Assembly: GCA_964016885.1 (NCBI GenBank)
Contig: OZ024744.1
Location: 103,602,001-103,666,000 of the forward strand
Direction: 5' to 3'
Length of the DNA: 64,000 bases
DNA from: Eledone cirrhosa
Taxonomy: Eukaryota
The notes beneath the pieces are model-generated. The model did not search any database. It worked only from the letters and a program-made list of their open reading frames with translations, and was not told the DNA's origin. The translations under genes and the position numbers were made by a program. This document shows, piece by piece, positions 39,880 to 53,700 of this stretch. Positions within the stretch are counted from its first letter, which is position 1. Each line of letters begins with the position of its first letter.

Positions 39880-41409
39880 TCTATCGTCCAACTGGGTAGT
39901 AGGTGCAATACTGGTCAGATTTGTCAACCCCACCCATATATTTATTATAGGAGAGGTTGACTAAAGGTTTACCTTCAGCCCCAACTCCTGGTTGTTGGTT
40001 AGAAGATAGGAACAAAATTTGCCGCTTGTCTTTATACAATGTGGCTAACATGTTCCCTTTTTGCACTTGGAGAATGTCACCTCTCTTTTTAAATTTTATG
40101 ACTTTCATTTCTTGGGGTAGCCCTTTGCGATTCCTCATTATTGTACCGCAGATGTACATATTTACGAGGGCAAAGTCCTCTGCTACAAGCACTGAAGAAA
40201 AAAAAACGATCAAAATATATGTGTTGAGAGTGGAAAGGTTTGGTCAGGGACCACACAACATCATACCCCAAGCCATTTTTTCTCTCTCCGTTGTGTTTCT
40301 TTCCTGCGTAAACATCAAAGTTTGCACAGTAGCCTGTGTCCGATTCACAGAGTTCCCACACCTTGATGCCCCATTTAGTGGGTTTAGCTGGCATGCATTG
40401 TCTAAAATGAATTCTACCCTTATACCCAATCATAGCTTATACCCAATCAACACTAAGATTTTTCCCAGGTATATATACTGTTTAAAATTTTTCAGAGTGC
40501 ATTTTAATTACTGGTGAAACTTTATACAGAGGGTCATAATTCAAATCATTTCTACCAGGGGCATTTGAAGTATCAACCAGATGCAAATATTGGTTTAATT
40601 TCAAATACCTTGTTTTTGCCATAATATAAGGGTCACTAAACCTTATATCAGTGCTCCAGTAATTCCACAGTCTTGAAAATTGTTTTATACCAAACATAAT
40701 GTTTATGGTAAAAACGCTTGCATCTCCGCAGCATCTGTTGGTCGCCATAACTGATTGGGTTTTCTTCGATTTGAAATCTGCTGTTGGGCATATCGATTCG
40801 TCTCTTTTGCCACAACTTCGAAGAAAGTTTGTGGCAAAAACAAAAAGAAATAATCCAGTGCTTTAGCATCGAGAGGTAATGTAGGCTGTAGACCAGTATT
40901 TTCAACAAAATCAGGAACATGTATTGGTGTGGTATTTTTCAACCACGTTGCTGTAATATCTTCAATGGCGCCCTGGAGATTTCCTTCGCTTTCACTTTCA
41001 AAACAATTATCGTCGGATGAAATTTCAGAAATGTAAACATCTGATTCATTTGAAGATAAATCACTAATATTACCGTTTGTTTCTTGTTCATTCTGAATGT
41101 CATCGTGTGTAAAACCTTCAGAGTTGGTATCGCTACTTTCATAAGCCATGTTGATACAAACAAAAAATTTGTTGTACTTTCAAAGTTAAAAAAAACACTT
41201 GTTGTTTTAAGTTGATTCACTATAGTAAGTGTTAATTTTCGCGGTAAGGGCTTAATCTCGCAGTAATCTTGAATTGACGATTTTTTGAGATGGTATTGTT
41301 TATTTGTAGAACGATATTAGTGTGGGTGTTATTGGCCGGTTTCGGGCAGTTTGAACAAATGAAGGGGAAATAATTTTGGTCAGTTTCGGGCGGTTTGAAC
41401 ACTAAAGGG
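39880..41409 (-). mobile_element. 3'-truncated piggyBac retaining the catalytic core
   Basis: TIR plus TTAA at 41410-41413; MIGYKGR..MPAKPTKWGIKVW, YFDRFF, YNKYMGGVDKSDQ. Confidence 0.93.
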
Positions 41410-41413
41410 TTAA

Positions 41414-41870
41414 AGTGGTAGAAAAGCCAGGAACTACCATAAAATCCCTGATCAGCAAGACATACCCCTTTAAGAAAACCCACAGTACAAATAAGAAATA
41501 TGTTATATGTAGAATGAACCCCCAGATAAATTGTAAAACTAGAAATGTAGTCTATAGCATAAGATGTACAGAAGATACTTGCAGAAACATGACAACGACA
41601 TACATAGGTGAGACAGCTTGAAACATAGGAGAAAGAATAGACCAACACTAGGGGGAACTAAAAGGACAAAAAAACAAAATATGAACACACGAGACAAAGA
41701 CATGATGGTAATATAGTTAACATAGAAATTAAAATAATATCCAAGCATAGAAATGACGCAACAGGTAGGCAAATTAGAGAAGCAACTGAGATAGGGCTTA
41801 GAAGACTTAAGTTGAACTGAAAGAATGAATGGAATAACAGCAACAACCATACCCCAAAAGACAGTACTAA
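41414..41870 (+). mobile_element. Penelope-like GIY-YIG fragment
   Basis: INCKTRNVVYSIRC..C...YIGETA. Confidence 0.75.
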
Positions 41871-43058
41871 CTTAAGGGAAATATAAATAAATAGATAAAT
41901 AAATATATACACAAGTACAATAACAACAAACACATATAAACACACACTAGTGAACAAAGATAGAATACAAAAACAAAAACACATTCACTCAAACATGAAC
42001 ACGCACACCAAACATTGTACACACACGCAAACACATGCGCAGGGACACAGACAAAAATAAATAAATAAACTAAATTAAAAATGGCGTAGACATTACAATA
42101 CAATGGGAGGAAACAATAGTACCACTGATGTTACAGTTGTGTGATAAAAGAACTTTGATAGACTATATATATATATATTTATATCTGTATTTTTAACCGT
42201 TGGTCAATCAATGATAAACATTGATTGCCAAATAAATTAACTATGGAGATATAAAAGATACAGAAGTGAAAACCAACCCCAACCAAACAGTGAGTGTGTT
42301 CTGTTATTATTTCTGGCAATATTATAACAATATGACCCAGATATGACCTAGAGGCAAGTTGGGTTGGGTGACTGTCTCGTTCACATACGACTGTTTCTGG
42401 CTGGTTTTCTATGGTGGATACCCTTCCTAACGCCAACCACATTTACAGTGTGACCTGGGTGCTTTTTGTTGTGACACCTATATGACCACTTTACAGTGTG
42501 GGCTGGATGTTTTGTGGTTCCAACATAATATATATATATACATATATATTTATTGTAAGTACAGATTAAAGTTTAAGCAAAGAATCGCTGTTTTTACCCT
42601 TAACGGGATCTTCTGAAACTGAGAAAAATCAATCTATTGATGCAGAAATAAATATTTTAAAAAACGTTACAACCGAAGGAAAACAGGAAGATGGTACGTT
42701 GGTTTGTGAAGACGTTCTCAGGTGATGGACGAAAAAATGTGAGGATAATTATGTCATTAGGTGGAAGGGAGAAGAACAATTTGTAGCAAAGCCAAAAACA
42801 TTTATGCTATAAAAGAAACCCACTTGACTAATATTCTATTTAGAATATTTAGTAATCAATAGAAGATTGGTATTATATAAAATATTATTATCACGGTTTT
42901 AGAAATAATATAAAAGCTGATTCACTTTAGGAGAATTGTATTGTATAAGATAAATGTTGTTGTTGAAATAACAAGAATGGCTTTGTGTGTTTATATAAAG
43001 ATTTACTTCGTGGAAGTCAAAAATAGAACAATACATATTTTGCCACAAGCTGTGACGG

Positions 43059-43438
43059 TGTAGTTGGCTTATTAGGCTGTTGGTGAGTTTTAGACCATAG
43101 TGGGCGACAACAGTGCTCTCAACATGTTCACTGGAGTAGGCTGGTAATTTGCATCCACGTGTGATAGGTGAAGGCTGCTGCGAGTGGCAAGTGAGAAAGA
43201 GAAGGCAGAGTTCATCTTCTCACAAGTGCTGGTAGGTGCCAATAGAAAGCAGAGCTGTAACTTGACTCCAGGACAGCTGGCCATGTGTGAGAGGAAAGAG
43301 AGCTGGAGTGGAGTGGGCGAAGTCGCCCGTTCTCCAAGGTCGAGAAGAGAGAAAGAGCGTTCTGGCGGTCTCAATATATAGTCCCCATGGGGACGTAACT
43401 CTCATGAGTTATTGATTTCACCGCTAGGGGTCACTACA
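43059..43438 (-). mobile_element. Candidate solo LTR
   Basis: GC-richer 380-bp island bounded by TGTAGT...ACTACA, with a TATA-like element. No TSD found. Confidence 0.4.
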
Positions 43439-43512
43439 AACCCAATGATTTCCAGCTCCAGAGTTTGAGAATAATGTAAATAAAATTATTAAAAGAAAAT
43501 GACTGAAGTTAT

Positions 43513-43630
43513 TAATTGTTTCTACTTTTGGCACAAGGCCAGCAATTACCCAGTGCATTACTGGTACTTTATTTTATCGACCCCGTAAGGATGAAAGGCA
43601 AAGTTAACCTCGGCGGGATTTGAACTCAGA
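43513..43630 (-). mobile_element. 5'-truncated family-A SINE
   Basis: Matches the family consensus. Confidence 0.88.
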
Positions 43631-43734
43631 ATATAATAGTAAAAGTAAATAATGATGAGAACATTAAAATATTGTTATAGTATTTAGGATCGTGTATAAG
43701 TATGCACTGAAGCGAGGATAGGTTATATAAAACT

Positions 43735-44296
43735 ATGTATTATAAACATGTGCACATGTTAGCGCCCATGTGTTTGCATGAGCTAGCACAAACGCATACC
43801 TACATGCACACACACATATATGTGCGCTTATATACATACACGTATATATATATATGTATACACATACATAGACACATACACGTACATATACATACACGCA
43901 TGTGTATATGGGCATATAGCCACTTGTAGATGTAAGCGCATGCACATACATGGAGATGTGCACACTCCTACTTGCAAATGGTAATAAATACACATACACA
44001 TACACACATTATATATATATATCATTTTATGTCTGCTTGCATACACATATACCCATACATATACATATATATATATACGTATACATATATATGCACATAC
44101 ACAAACATACGGATTGGGTGTACATACATATACATATAAATAATTATATAAAAATAAAATGTACTTATATATATATATATATATTTGCATGCATATACAT
44201 TATATATGCATATACCATATATATTTACACATATATATATATCATATATATATATACACACATCATATATGTGTACACATATATATATATATATAT
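43735..44296. repeat. Degenerate TA/CA microsatellite
   Basis: Seen directly. Confidence 0.95.
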
Positions 44297-44699
44297 CATC
44301 ACCGTTGTTGTTTAATGTCCATCTTCCATATTAGCATGGGTAGGATGAGTTGACCCTTAGGGAGAAAATCAGGTCAGAAGACTGTTTAGTTCACCCGGGG
44401 CAGATTTTGGCTTGGTTTCTACAGCTGGGTGCTCTTCCTAACGCCAACCACATTTACAGTGTGTACTGGTTGCTTTTTGTTGTGTCACCTACACGACCAC
44501 ATTACTGTGTGGGTTGGGCATCTTTTATCATGTCGCCAACATGATCACTTTACTGAGGGGACTGGGCACTTTTGTCTTGGAACTAGGGAGGGTGGAGGAA
44601 GCTTGAAGAAATTGTGGACATAGGGGAGGGATGGTTACCACAAAGGGAGGTGTATGAGAAGGGAGAAGTGTGAGGAAGGTGTTGTCTATTAGGTTTATG

Positions 44700-46270
44700 C
44701 CTCAGCCTTGTATAGCGCAAGAGGTCACGATCTTGTGTCATTGCCTTTTGGGAGGTGTAATTGTGCAAGGTCTGCTTTTATTACCTCATCCCAAGTCTTC
44801 CTAGGCCTGCCCACACCACGGCTACCATCAACTTTGAGTGCTCTGCACCTTTTTATACAGCTGTTATCTTTCATAAGCATCACATGTCCATACCAACACA
44901 ATCTCCTCTGCTGCATGCAACAACTGGTCCCTTTTATGCTTAATTTCTCACACAGTACATTCACACTTTGCCGTCCACGTATATTACTATTGCACATCCA
45001 GCAAATCATGGAGGCTTTATTTCTTTCCAATCTCCGCAGGTCCTCAGCACACAGTGCCCAGGTCTCGCTGCCGTGCAACATAGTTGTTCTTATACATGCA
45101 TCATACAGTCTGCCTTTCATTTTAAGAGAAAAACCTTTTGTAGTTAGTAACGGTAGTAGCTCCCTCAATTTTCTCCAACCCAATCTCACTCTGGTTACTG
45201 TGCTTTCAGAACATCCTCCCTCATTACTGATTTGGTCACCCAGGTAACAGAAATTATCTACCACTTCTACCGAGCCCTCTGGTCATTTGAAAGTGATTGT
45301 ATCCTGAGGGTTCTTGCTACTTACTGCCTCTGTGCACTGGCCACATGTAAAACCTACACTCTTTGTTAGCCTGCCTGAGATCCCACTACATCTCTTATGT
45401 ACCCATTGCTTGCATTTGGTTCATTGAATGGAATTTCTACCTACTCCTTTTCTGCACACTGAGCAGGGCCATTTCCCAGAGGAGATCTGGACCCTGTTTT
45501 TCCCTTCTACTTACTAGGACACCAACCTGCAAGATAAATTCTTCTCTATAGTCATTGTTAATTATGAGCTATTCTTCTATACATGGCTTGTACTGCCTTT
45601 ACAAGCCATTCGTCAATCCTAGTTTCCTAAGAGCCCACCAGATAGTGGAACAGGGGACCCCTCAAAAGCTTTCTCCAGGTTTACAAAAGCCGGGTAGAGG
45701 GGCTTACAGGGGCTTACTCTTAGCTAGGTACTTGTGCAATTGACTTACAAGGAAGAGGGCATATGTAGTACTCTTACCTTGGACAAATACAAACTGCATC
45801 TCATCTAGGTTAACTCATTCTCTACTTAGCTGAGCTATGACTCTTTGAGAATCTTCATAACCTGGTCAACCAACTTAATGTTTCTATAGTTTTTTCTACC
45901 TATGCCCTTGTAGTAGTTCACAATGCTGCTACTACACTAGTTATTGGGTATGACACCATTTTGTATAACTTGGTTTACAATGCAGGAGACTATGGTGTGG
46001 CCCACCATACCTGATGTTTTCAGCCTCCCAGCAACTATCCCTGAGGGGCCAGCTGCCCTGTCTGACTTCATATCCTTGATTGCCTTACTATATTACAGCT
46101 AACTTGTAGAGCTGGTCCTTCTGTTCGGTTGACATGTGACAAACTTTCTTTTTCCCATGTATTCTCCTCATTCAGTAATCTTTCATAGTGGCACTTCCAT
46201 GCTCCCTTCTTTTCAGCATCAGTGAGGGAAAGTTTGCCAAATTCTTTTCGAACACACTTCTCCCCACTGA
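44700..46270 (-). mobile_element. RTE LINE RT fragment with internal deletion
   Basis: VDNFCYLGD, GWRKLRELLPLL, GRPRKTW, WKCHYERLLN. Confidence 0.9.
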
Positions 46271-47819
46271 CATCATCATGGAAGATAGATGTTAAACGAT
46301 GATGCTGATGATACACATGTGTATGTACATACAAATATATATGTACAAAAAGACCTACTAACTACAAACAAAATGTTTGAGTAGATGGAAGTTACAAAAA
46401 GAATGAAGAATAGAACCCCTTAGCTGCTTTACAGTTTCCCTTGCTTCCCAGTTTTTCTTTATCTTATTTTCAAGTTTATTTTACTTTCCATTGGACTTCC
46501 TTATTTTAATTTTTTAATTTTATTTTTTTTATTTTTTATTATTTTTATATTCACTTATCTCTATATTTTGTTTTTCAATTGTAAGAAGTACTAGATACTT
46601 TCTTTAGTGTGTCATGGTTTATTAACTCTAAACAGACGTTTAGATTGATTAAATAATTAAATATATATATATATTTGTGTGTATAGATATCCTTACCTTC
46701 ACTATAAAACCCAACCTCATTCATGATTCCCCCCTCCCCCACTATCACGTCTTAGTTGTTATCATTGCAGTAAAACTCCCCATGATAATGGAGGTCACCA
46801 TCCTCTCCTACTTAGTACCTTGTCAAATCACACTACATATATCATACTCCCATGACATTGTACTTATCCTCTTTTTTACCTCTACACCATCACAACCACA
46901 TTTCCTTCACTAGAAAGGGCTCTTTAACGTCCACTTTTCCATACTAGCATGCAACAATAAATGCAACAAATACTCCCTGAAAGGTGGTTTGCTATAGGAA
47001 GGACATACCACAGTAGAAACAATGCCACAAAAGACTTTTGTAGAATTGTTAAAGATCATCATCATCATCGTTTAACGTCCTCTTTCTATGCTAACATAGG
47101 TTAGACGGGTTGTCCCATTTGAGGCAAGTTGGGTCAGGTGACAATGTCTTGCTCATAACTGTTTCTGGCTAGGTTTCTACAGCTGGATGCCCTTCCTAAT
47201 GCCAACCACATTAACAGGTTGTGCTGTGCTTTTCATTGTGCCTCCTACACAACCACTTTACAGTGCAAGGGTGGTGTATTGAAGGGAGTATAGTGGTTAA
47301 GAGGTGCCTACAAGATAGTATTTGAGTCTGCGTACAAGGGAAGGCTGGTCTTCTATAATATTGCATAACGCCAAAGGTCTCGATCCTGTGTCATTGTCTT
47401 TGAGAGGTGCAATTGTGCAAGGTCAGTTTTTATCACCTGATGACTACAACCTGTGATGTGGTTGATGATAGTAATTACATGTAGACATAGAAAACTTACC
47501 AAATAAACTATTGTGACTACTCCTGTGTCATAAACAGGAGTAGTCACAGTATGGCGTACTCAAAGATGTTATTTCCATGAGTATCACACCAGCTATAGTT
47601 TAGTAGCCCTACCTTTGACATACATGTCTGCATGACTCACAGGTAAAAATTACTTTTGAACGTCATTCTGGGAGCAGACTAACAACCCCCATATATTTAG
47701 CTGCTTGCTGACTTAAGTTTAGGTCCTCTGCTTCTTTTCAAATTCCATAATACTGGTAACAATAAGATTTTGCCACTGGGCTCTGTCTGCTGCAAGATTT
47801 TCCCATGTTTTGGTATTGA

Positions 47820-48350
47820 TTATCCTTCAGTCAGTCTTTAAAGCACTTGTGTGTCTTGCACTGCAGGCTCTCAACAGTTCTCCATACAATATTTTCATTA
47901 GGAGTCTGCTGTCCTCTAGGCATACTATGTGACTTGACCCTCGGAGACACTGTTTCATGTTCAAAGTCTAAATAGCTGGCAGACAGGCCACTACAGCACA
48001 TTAATGTTTGGTATATGAGATCTCCATCAGATCTTGTGGATGGAGTGCAAGAAATTTTGGTGGAAACATTCAAGGCACTGAATATGTTCACAGTATGTTG
48101 TCCATATCTCACATCCATACAGCCTGACTGTAAGCACAGTTGATTCATATACTTAGACCTTCATGCACATACTGATATCTCACTGCAACCACTTGCACTT
48201 CTCCAGCTTAGCAAAAGCATCAGAAGTTTTAGACAACCAGTAGCGTTCCTATTCATCAAAGGTGCTGGTTCTGGAGAGAGAACTACCCAGGTATATGACC
48301 ATATCCACAACCTTCAATATTTTCCCTTTGATAGATATGGATGGTGGAAT
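47820..48350 (-). mobile_element. Decayed RTE (BovB-like) 3' fragment
   Basis: YLGSSLSR, SGCMD/YG remnants and HKCFKD, similar to the 8350-11900 family. Confidence 0.6.
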
Positions 48351-48422
48351 ATATAGCTTTCTGGGTGTATACTACTGTTATTTACATACATATGCTCACA
48401 TATACATACATACATGCATAAA

Positions 48423-48456
<34 letters not shown>

Positions 48457-48537
48457 TATATATATATACATACATTTATACTGATACCAACATATCAATG
48501 TAGGATTGCTATCATTTTATTTTATATTTATTTTCAG

Positions 48538-48597
48538 ATGCGTCTCGTAGACCTTCTTATGTCATACTTCCAATATTTAAACAAAAACCTGTACGTG
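48538..48597 (+). CDS. Micro-exon 4 (60 nt, phase 1-1); (D)ASRRPSYVILPIFKQKPVR
   Basis: ATGTAGGATTGCTATCATTTT...TTTTCAG acceptor and G|GTAAGTTATAATTTA donor. Length is 3n. Phase 1 is open (phase 0 is also open). Confidence 0.78.
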
Positions 48598-48674
48598 GTA
48601 AGTTATAATTTATACTGACTTTGTAATTTTGACTTCATGTATTAATATATTGTATTTTTCTATTATATATATCT

Positions 48675-49420
48675 TCTGCTTCTTCTTTGCCCACTTATTC
48701 TTGAGAGGGTTGTGGGGGCAGAGTCTTCAAACACTCTTTTCAGTGGCTCCTGTCAGAAGCATCCGTCTCCAATTGATCTGCTGGATCTTCAAGTGAGACC
48801 AGCCAAGCTCATGGATGTTATCCAACCATCTTGCTCAAGGTCTACCTCTGTGTCTCCTGCCATTAGTTTTTGCTCACAAAATATGTCCAGCCATTCTTTC
48901 TTTGAGACATTCTAACCACTTGCCCAGAGTATCGGAGCTGTGATCTCTAAATTCATAGAAGTAGTGGCTCTACCTGGAGTGACTTTCTGATCTCCGACCT
49001 ATGCACTTTATCGAGTAACATTACTCCAAAGACCCCTAGGGGGAACACCATTTCAGCTGCTTGTATTCACAATCATATTCTTTCAGTCATTACCCAAGAT
49101 TAATGACCATAGGTAAGGGTTGGCACAAATATTGAATTGAAGATAGCAAGTTTAGCTTTTTCTGATTACCGAATGCTGAAGCCAGTGCATTACTGCACCA
49201 GCTCCTGTAATTCTTGCACTTAATTCAGCCTCCTGACTTCCATTACTTATGAACACGGCCCCAAGATACTTGAACTTCTCTACTTGCTTCCTTGAGATGA
49301 TGAATATGTCAGTTTTTGCAGCACTGATTTTCATTCCAGCCATGCAGCACTCGGCATCAAACCTATCAAGTGCAAGTCAAAGATCATCTTCTGTCATGTT
49401 AAGAAACATCATGTCATCTT
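48675..49420 (-). mobile_element. RTE LINE resembling Rex3/Expander (3' RT); a related upstream fragment lies at about 55720-56255
   Basis: GMKISAAKT, FKYLGAVF, AKLAIFNSIFVPTLTYGH.SWVMTE. Confidence 0.7.
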
Positions 49421-50529
49421 ATACCTCTTCCTGCAGAATGGCTGAGGCTATGCTGGAGTACCACCTTTGTTGCTACACTTCCTATAGCCAGCCGTCCTTG
49501 GTTGGCCATTGATGTTAGAGGAAGTTTGTTGATGCTGTCCTTATTTGTACTTCATCTCAAATTCTGGGTTCATCTGGGATCTTAGTTAGCACAATTTTAA
49601 GAAGCCTCTTGAAAACATCTTTGTTGTTTTATTTTTTTGGTTGCTTGTTTAAAGTGCTGGAGGCCTTTGAATCCCAAGTTATTGCAGTAACTGGTTTTCA
49701 ATCTAGATGAGTAGGATGGGACCTTTGGCAATGTAGAGTGGTGTCTTCTTTGAAGATTGATCCAGGCAGTAGAGCTTTAGTTCTTTTAGCTTCTCCCTGT
49801 AGCTCATCTCCTTCATTGAGACAATCTTCTTGGTGTAGCTTCATTGGATTTCTTCAAATTCTGCAGTTAATTTGACACTGTGGGCTGACCACAACTGAGA
49901 GCAATAGTCCAGTTGACTCAGGACAAATGTCCTTCAGAGGATCAACATGATTTTCTGTTGTTTATACTGAAAATTCTCAGAATCCCACTAGCCAGTCATC
50001 TCCCCATTTCTGCCATTTTGGCCTTGTATTTGCTGAATTCAGCCTCGTTTCATCTATGGCTGATATTGTAAATGTGTTAGGTGTTAGGAATGGCATCCAG
50101 CTGTAAAATCCCTGACCAAATTTACAGTCCTTATTGGAACAAATCTGGCCAGACATGTCTCCCGACATGGATGACCCATCTAACCCATGCATGCATGGAA
50201 AAATGGATGATGATGATGAGGATCATCATCATCATTGTTTAACGTCCATCTTCCACGCTAGCATGGGTTGGACAGATTTGTCCCACTGGAGGTAAGATTG
50301 GTCAGCTGACTTTGTCTCGCTCTACAGAACTGTATCAGGTAGGTTTTTTCTACGGTTGGATGTCCTTCCTAACACCAACCACATTTACAGTGTGGACTGG
50401 GAGCCTTTTTACTGTGTCTCCTACACAACCACTTTACAGTGGACAGAAGTGGGAGTAGGAGTGTGGGGTGTATATTGGGTTAAGAGTTGCCTACTGACTG
50501 TAGGTTTCAGTATGTATGTAAGGGAAGGC

Positions 50530-51500
50530 GGGCTTCTGTATAACTGCATAGCGCCAAAGATCTCGATCCAGTGACATTGTCTTAGAGAGGTGTAAGTGAG
50601 CAAGGTCAGTTTTTATCACCTCGTCCCAGGTTTTTCTTGGTCTACCCACTCCGTAGCTTCCATCTATTTTGATCACTCTGCACTTTTTTATACAGCTGTT
50701 GTCCTTCATACACATCACATGGCCATACCAATGCAATCTCCTCTCCAGAACACAACATTTAATACCTCTTATGCTTAGTCTCTCTCTCAATTCGTTTATG
50801 TTATGCCATTCGCATACATTACTATTACACATCCATTGGAGCATGCAAGCTTCATTTCTTTCTAATCTACACAAGTCTTCTGCACACAATGCCCAGGTCT
50901 CACTATGATGTAATATTGCTGTTCATATACAAGCATCATACAATCTACCTTTCATTTTTAAAGAAAAACCCTTTGTGGCTAACAGTGGTATTAGCTCTCT
51001 GATCTTTTTCCATCCCGTTCTAACTCTGGCTACTGTACTTTCAGAGCACCCTCCTCCACTGTTGATTTTGTCACCCAGGTAACGGAAAGTGTGTACCATT
51101 TCTATAGAACCATCTGGGCAGTAGAAGGAGTTAGTATCCAGTGGGCACTTGCTACTTACTGCACCTGAGCACTGGCCACATAATATCTATATTCTTAGAT
51201 AGCTTACCTGTGATCCCACTACATCTTTTATGTACCCATAGTTTGCATTGGGGGCATAGAACGGAATTTGTACCTACTCCTTTCCTACATACTGAGCGTG
51301 ACCATTTCCCAGAGGGCACCTGTGCCCTATTCTTCTTTCTACATACGAGAACTTTAGTCTTAGACAAGTTAACTTTAAGCCTTTTGATTCTAGGCCATGC
51401 TTCCATGTTTGGCATTTCTTCTCTAGTTCAGCCATCGATTCAGCTATGAGAGCTAGATCATCTGCATATAGAAGTTCCCATGGGCATCCAGTCTCAAACT
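50530..51500 (-). mobile_element. RTE LINE RT/C-terminal fragment
   Basis: LYADDL, KWSRSVCRKGVGTNSVLC..CKLWVHKRCSG, GRPRKTWDEV. Confidence 0.9.
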
Positions 51501-51504
51501 CTTC

Positions 51505-53700
51505 TGTTCTATGGATTCACTGTGGTACTGCTGGGCAATTTCCCTGGGTGTGAAGTTTTGATTATCATGCAGGGAATATCTTTTAAAAAGTTCCTTCCCA
51601 ACTCTCATGATCTTATCTGTCTCATGCAGAGACTTGCTCAATAGATGTGCTCCTATGCTTCGATATTCGTAAATGTTGTCGGAGGGATATGATGCAACAC
51701 TCAAATGCTGTCTGGACTGATGTTAGGCCTCTGCCTCCCTGCTTATATTTTGAGTAGAGGCAGTCTATATCACTGGTGATGTTTAGAATTTTTCGAGTCC
51801 TAATTTCAATTGCCCGGATTTCGTCTGTCGTCCAATTGAGTATTCCAAACGTTGGTGTTAGGACAGGCACAGCAAACACAGCCACTGTTTTATTGTTCCA
51901 ATGACCATATTTTTCTTAATTGGGTGTAATATTCCCTGGTTACGCATTTCTTATTACAAATACCATTATAGGATATATTCTCATCTATCCCTAGGTATCT
52001 GTAGCAGTCCTCATCAGATATTGGTGAAAGAGTTGGCCATTGATAAAAATGTTGCTAGATTGGGTTGAAGTTTTTCCCTTGCTTTACAGTCATATATGAA
52101 CATTTATCTTGGCTAAACTCCATTCCTATATTCTTTGAGAATGTTGTAACCAGGTCAAGATTTTTCTTCATACCATTTATGTTCTTGGCATAGAGTTTCA
52201 TGTCATCCACAAAGAAATTATGGGTTAGGTTCATATTTCTATCCTCCTGTGAGCCAATGATGTATCCTTCACATTTCTTGAGCAGAAAGGACAAGGGGTT
52301 TAATGACAGGATAAATAATATCACAGAGAGACTGTCTCCTTCAAATATACCCCTGTGATATTCTATTTTATCAGTGAAAATAGAGTCCTCCTTCTCTGTC
52401 TTTAACATTAGGATAGTAGCCAAAGAAGAAGACAGCTTCTCTAATTCTCTGATAATAATGTCTGGGGCTTTAGCAAGTAGGAGCACCTCTATCATCCAAG
52501 AGTAGGGAACAGAATCAAATGTTTTCCTGTAGTCCAGCCAGACTGTAACCATATTCCTCCTATGTTGTCGCACCTCCGACATTGCAGTTTTGTTGATTAG
52601 GAGTTGTTCAGCACACACCCAAACACCTTTCTTTCCAGCTGCTTGTTTATCTGTGATGATGTTATTATTTTCACAGTGATCTTGGAGAAATAGGTTTAGG
52701 CAAGATATATACATCTTATACATCAGGTTCTGGCATGCAATGGGTCAGTAGTTTTTTGCCAAGTGGGTGTCTTTGTTCTTGGGGACCAGTAATGTTTGTG
52801 CTAATGTCAACCATTCTGGTATATGTGTATCTCCCTTGAGAACTTGTTGTTAGAGGTCGGTAAGATACATCCAATAGAATATCAGTTTTTTGTACCGGTA
52901 GCCGACAATCGTGTCTCTTCTTGGTGTTTTCTTATCTTGGAGTTTTCCTTTCACAGTCTCAAGGGTACCCTCACTTATTTTGTATGTTTTTGTTGTAGCG
53001 TAGGAGCAATAGTTCTTTTGGATTTCTTTTAACCACACTGCAACTTAATTTAAATTCTTCTTTTCACCCCATATTTTTCTCCAGAAGGAATCTATGTCTT
53101 TCTGGGATGGAGCCTCAGTGACACTTATTATTTTGTTTAGTTACGTCCCTTTACGATCTGAGTTCAAATCCCGTCGAGGTTGACTTTGCCTTTCATCTTT
53201 ACGGGGTCGATAAAATAAAGTACCAGTAATGCACTGGGTAATTGCTGGCCTTGTGCCTAAAGTAGAAACAATTATTTTGTTCTTCATATCTCTATAGACT
53301 GATGTTTGGTTTCATCTGAATCTTTTATTAAGCACTTTTCTTTCATCTACCCTCTTCAGGTATTGCCGTTACTCGCCGACAGCTCTCAATTCTTGTTTGA
53401 GGGTGACCAGCATATATTGAAGAGTTCTGGTTGTACTATCACCAAATATCATTTCTATTTTATTTTTCACTCTTTGTTGGTAGAGTGAAGTTTTTTTTTG
53501 TTTTTGTTTGCAAGATCTTATAGTTTTTCGTAGGTCAGCAATCTTTTTTTCTATTTTAGTTATATATGATGGCATTTTTAGTGGTGTTTTGTTCTTGTTA
53601 ATATCTCTGCTTCACTGTCATTGCTAGGGCATATAAACAGGCACTGATTTGCCAAAATGTTGGGGTTTTAATTCATCATAAATATTCATCCCCTATTTTG
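51505..53700 (-). mobile_element. R4/Dong-like LINE RT region (paralog of 370-5020) with a SINE at about 53138-53271
   Basis: 222-aa ORF with WLDYRKTFDSVP, GIFEGDSLS, FVDDMKL; also GGRGL. Confidence 0.9.

Noticed and set aside
48262-48618. 118-aa ORF spanning micro-exon 4
   Set aside because: It reads through antisense RTE sequence, microsatellite and intron; only 48538-48597 has exon signals.
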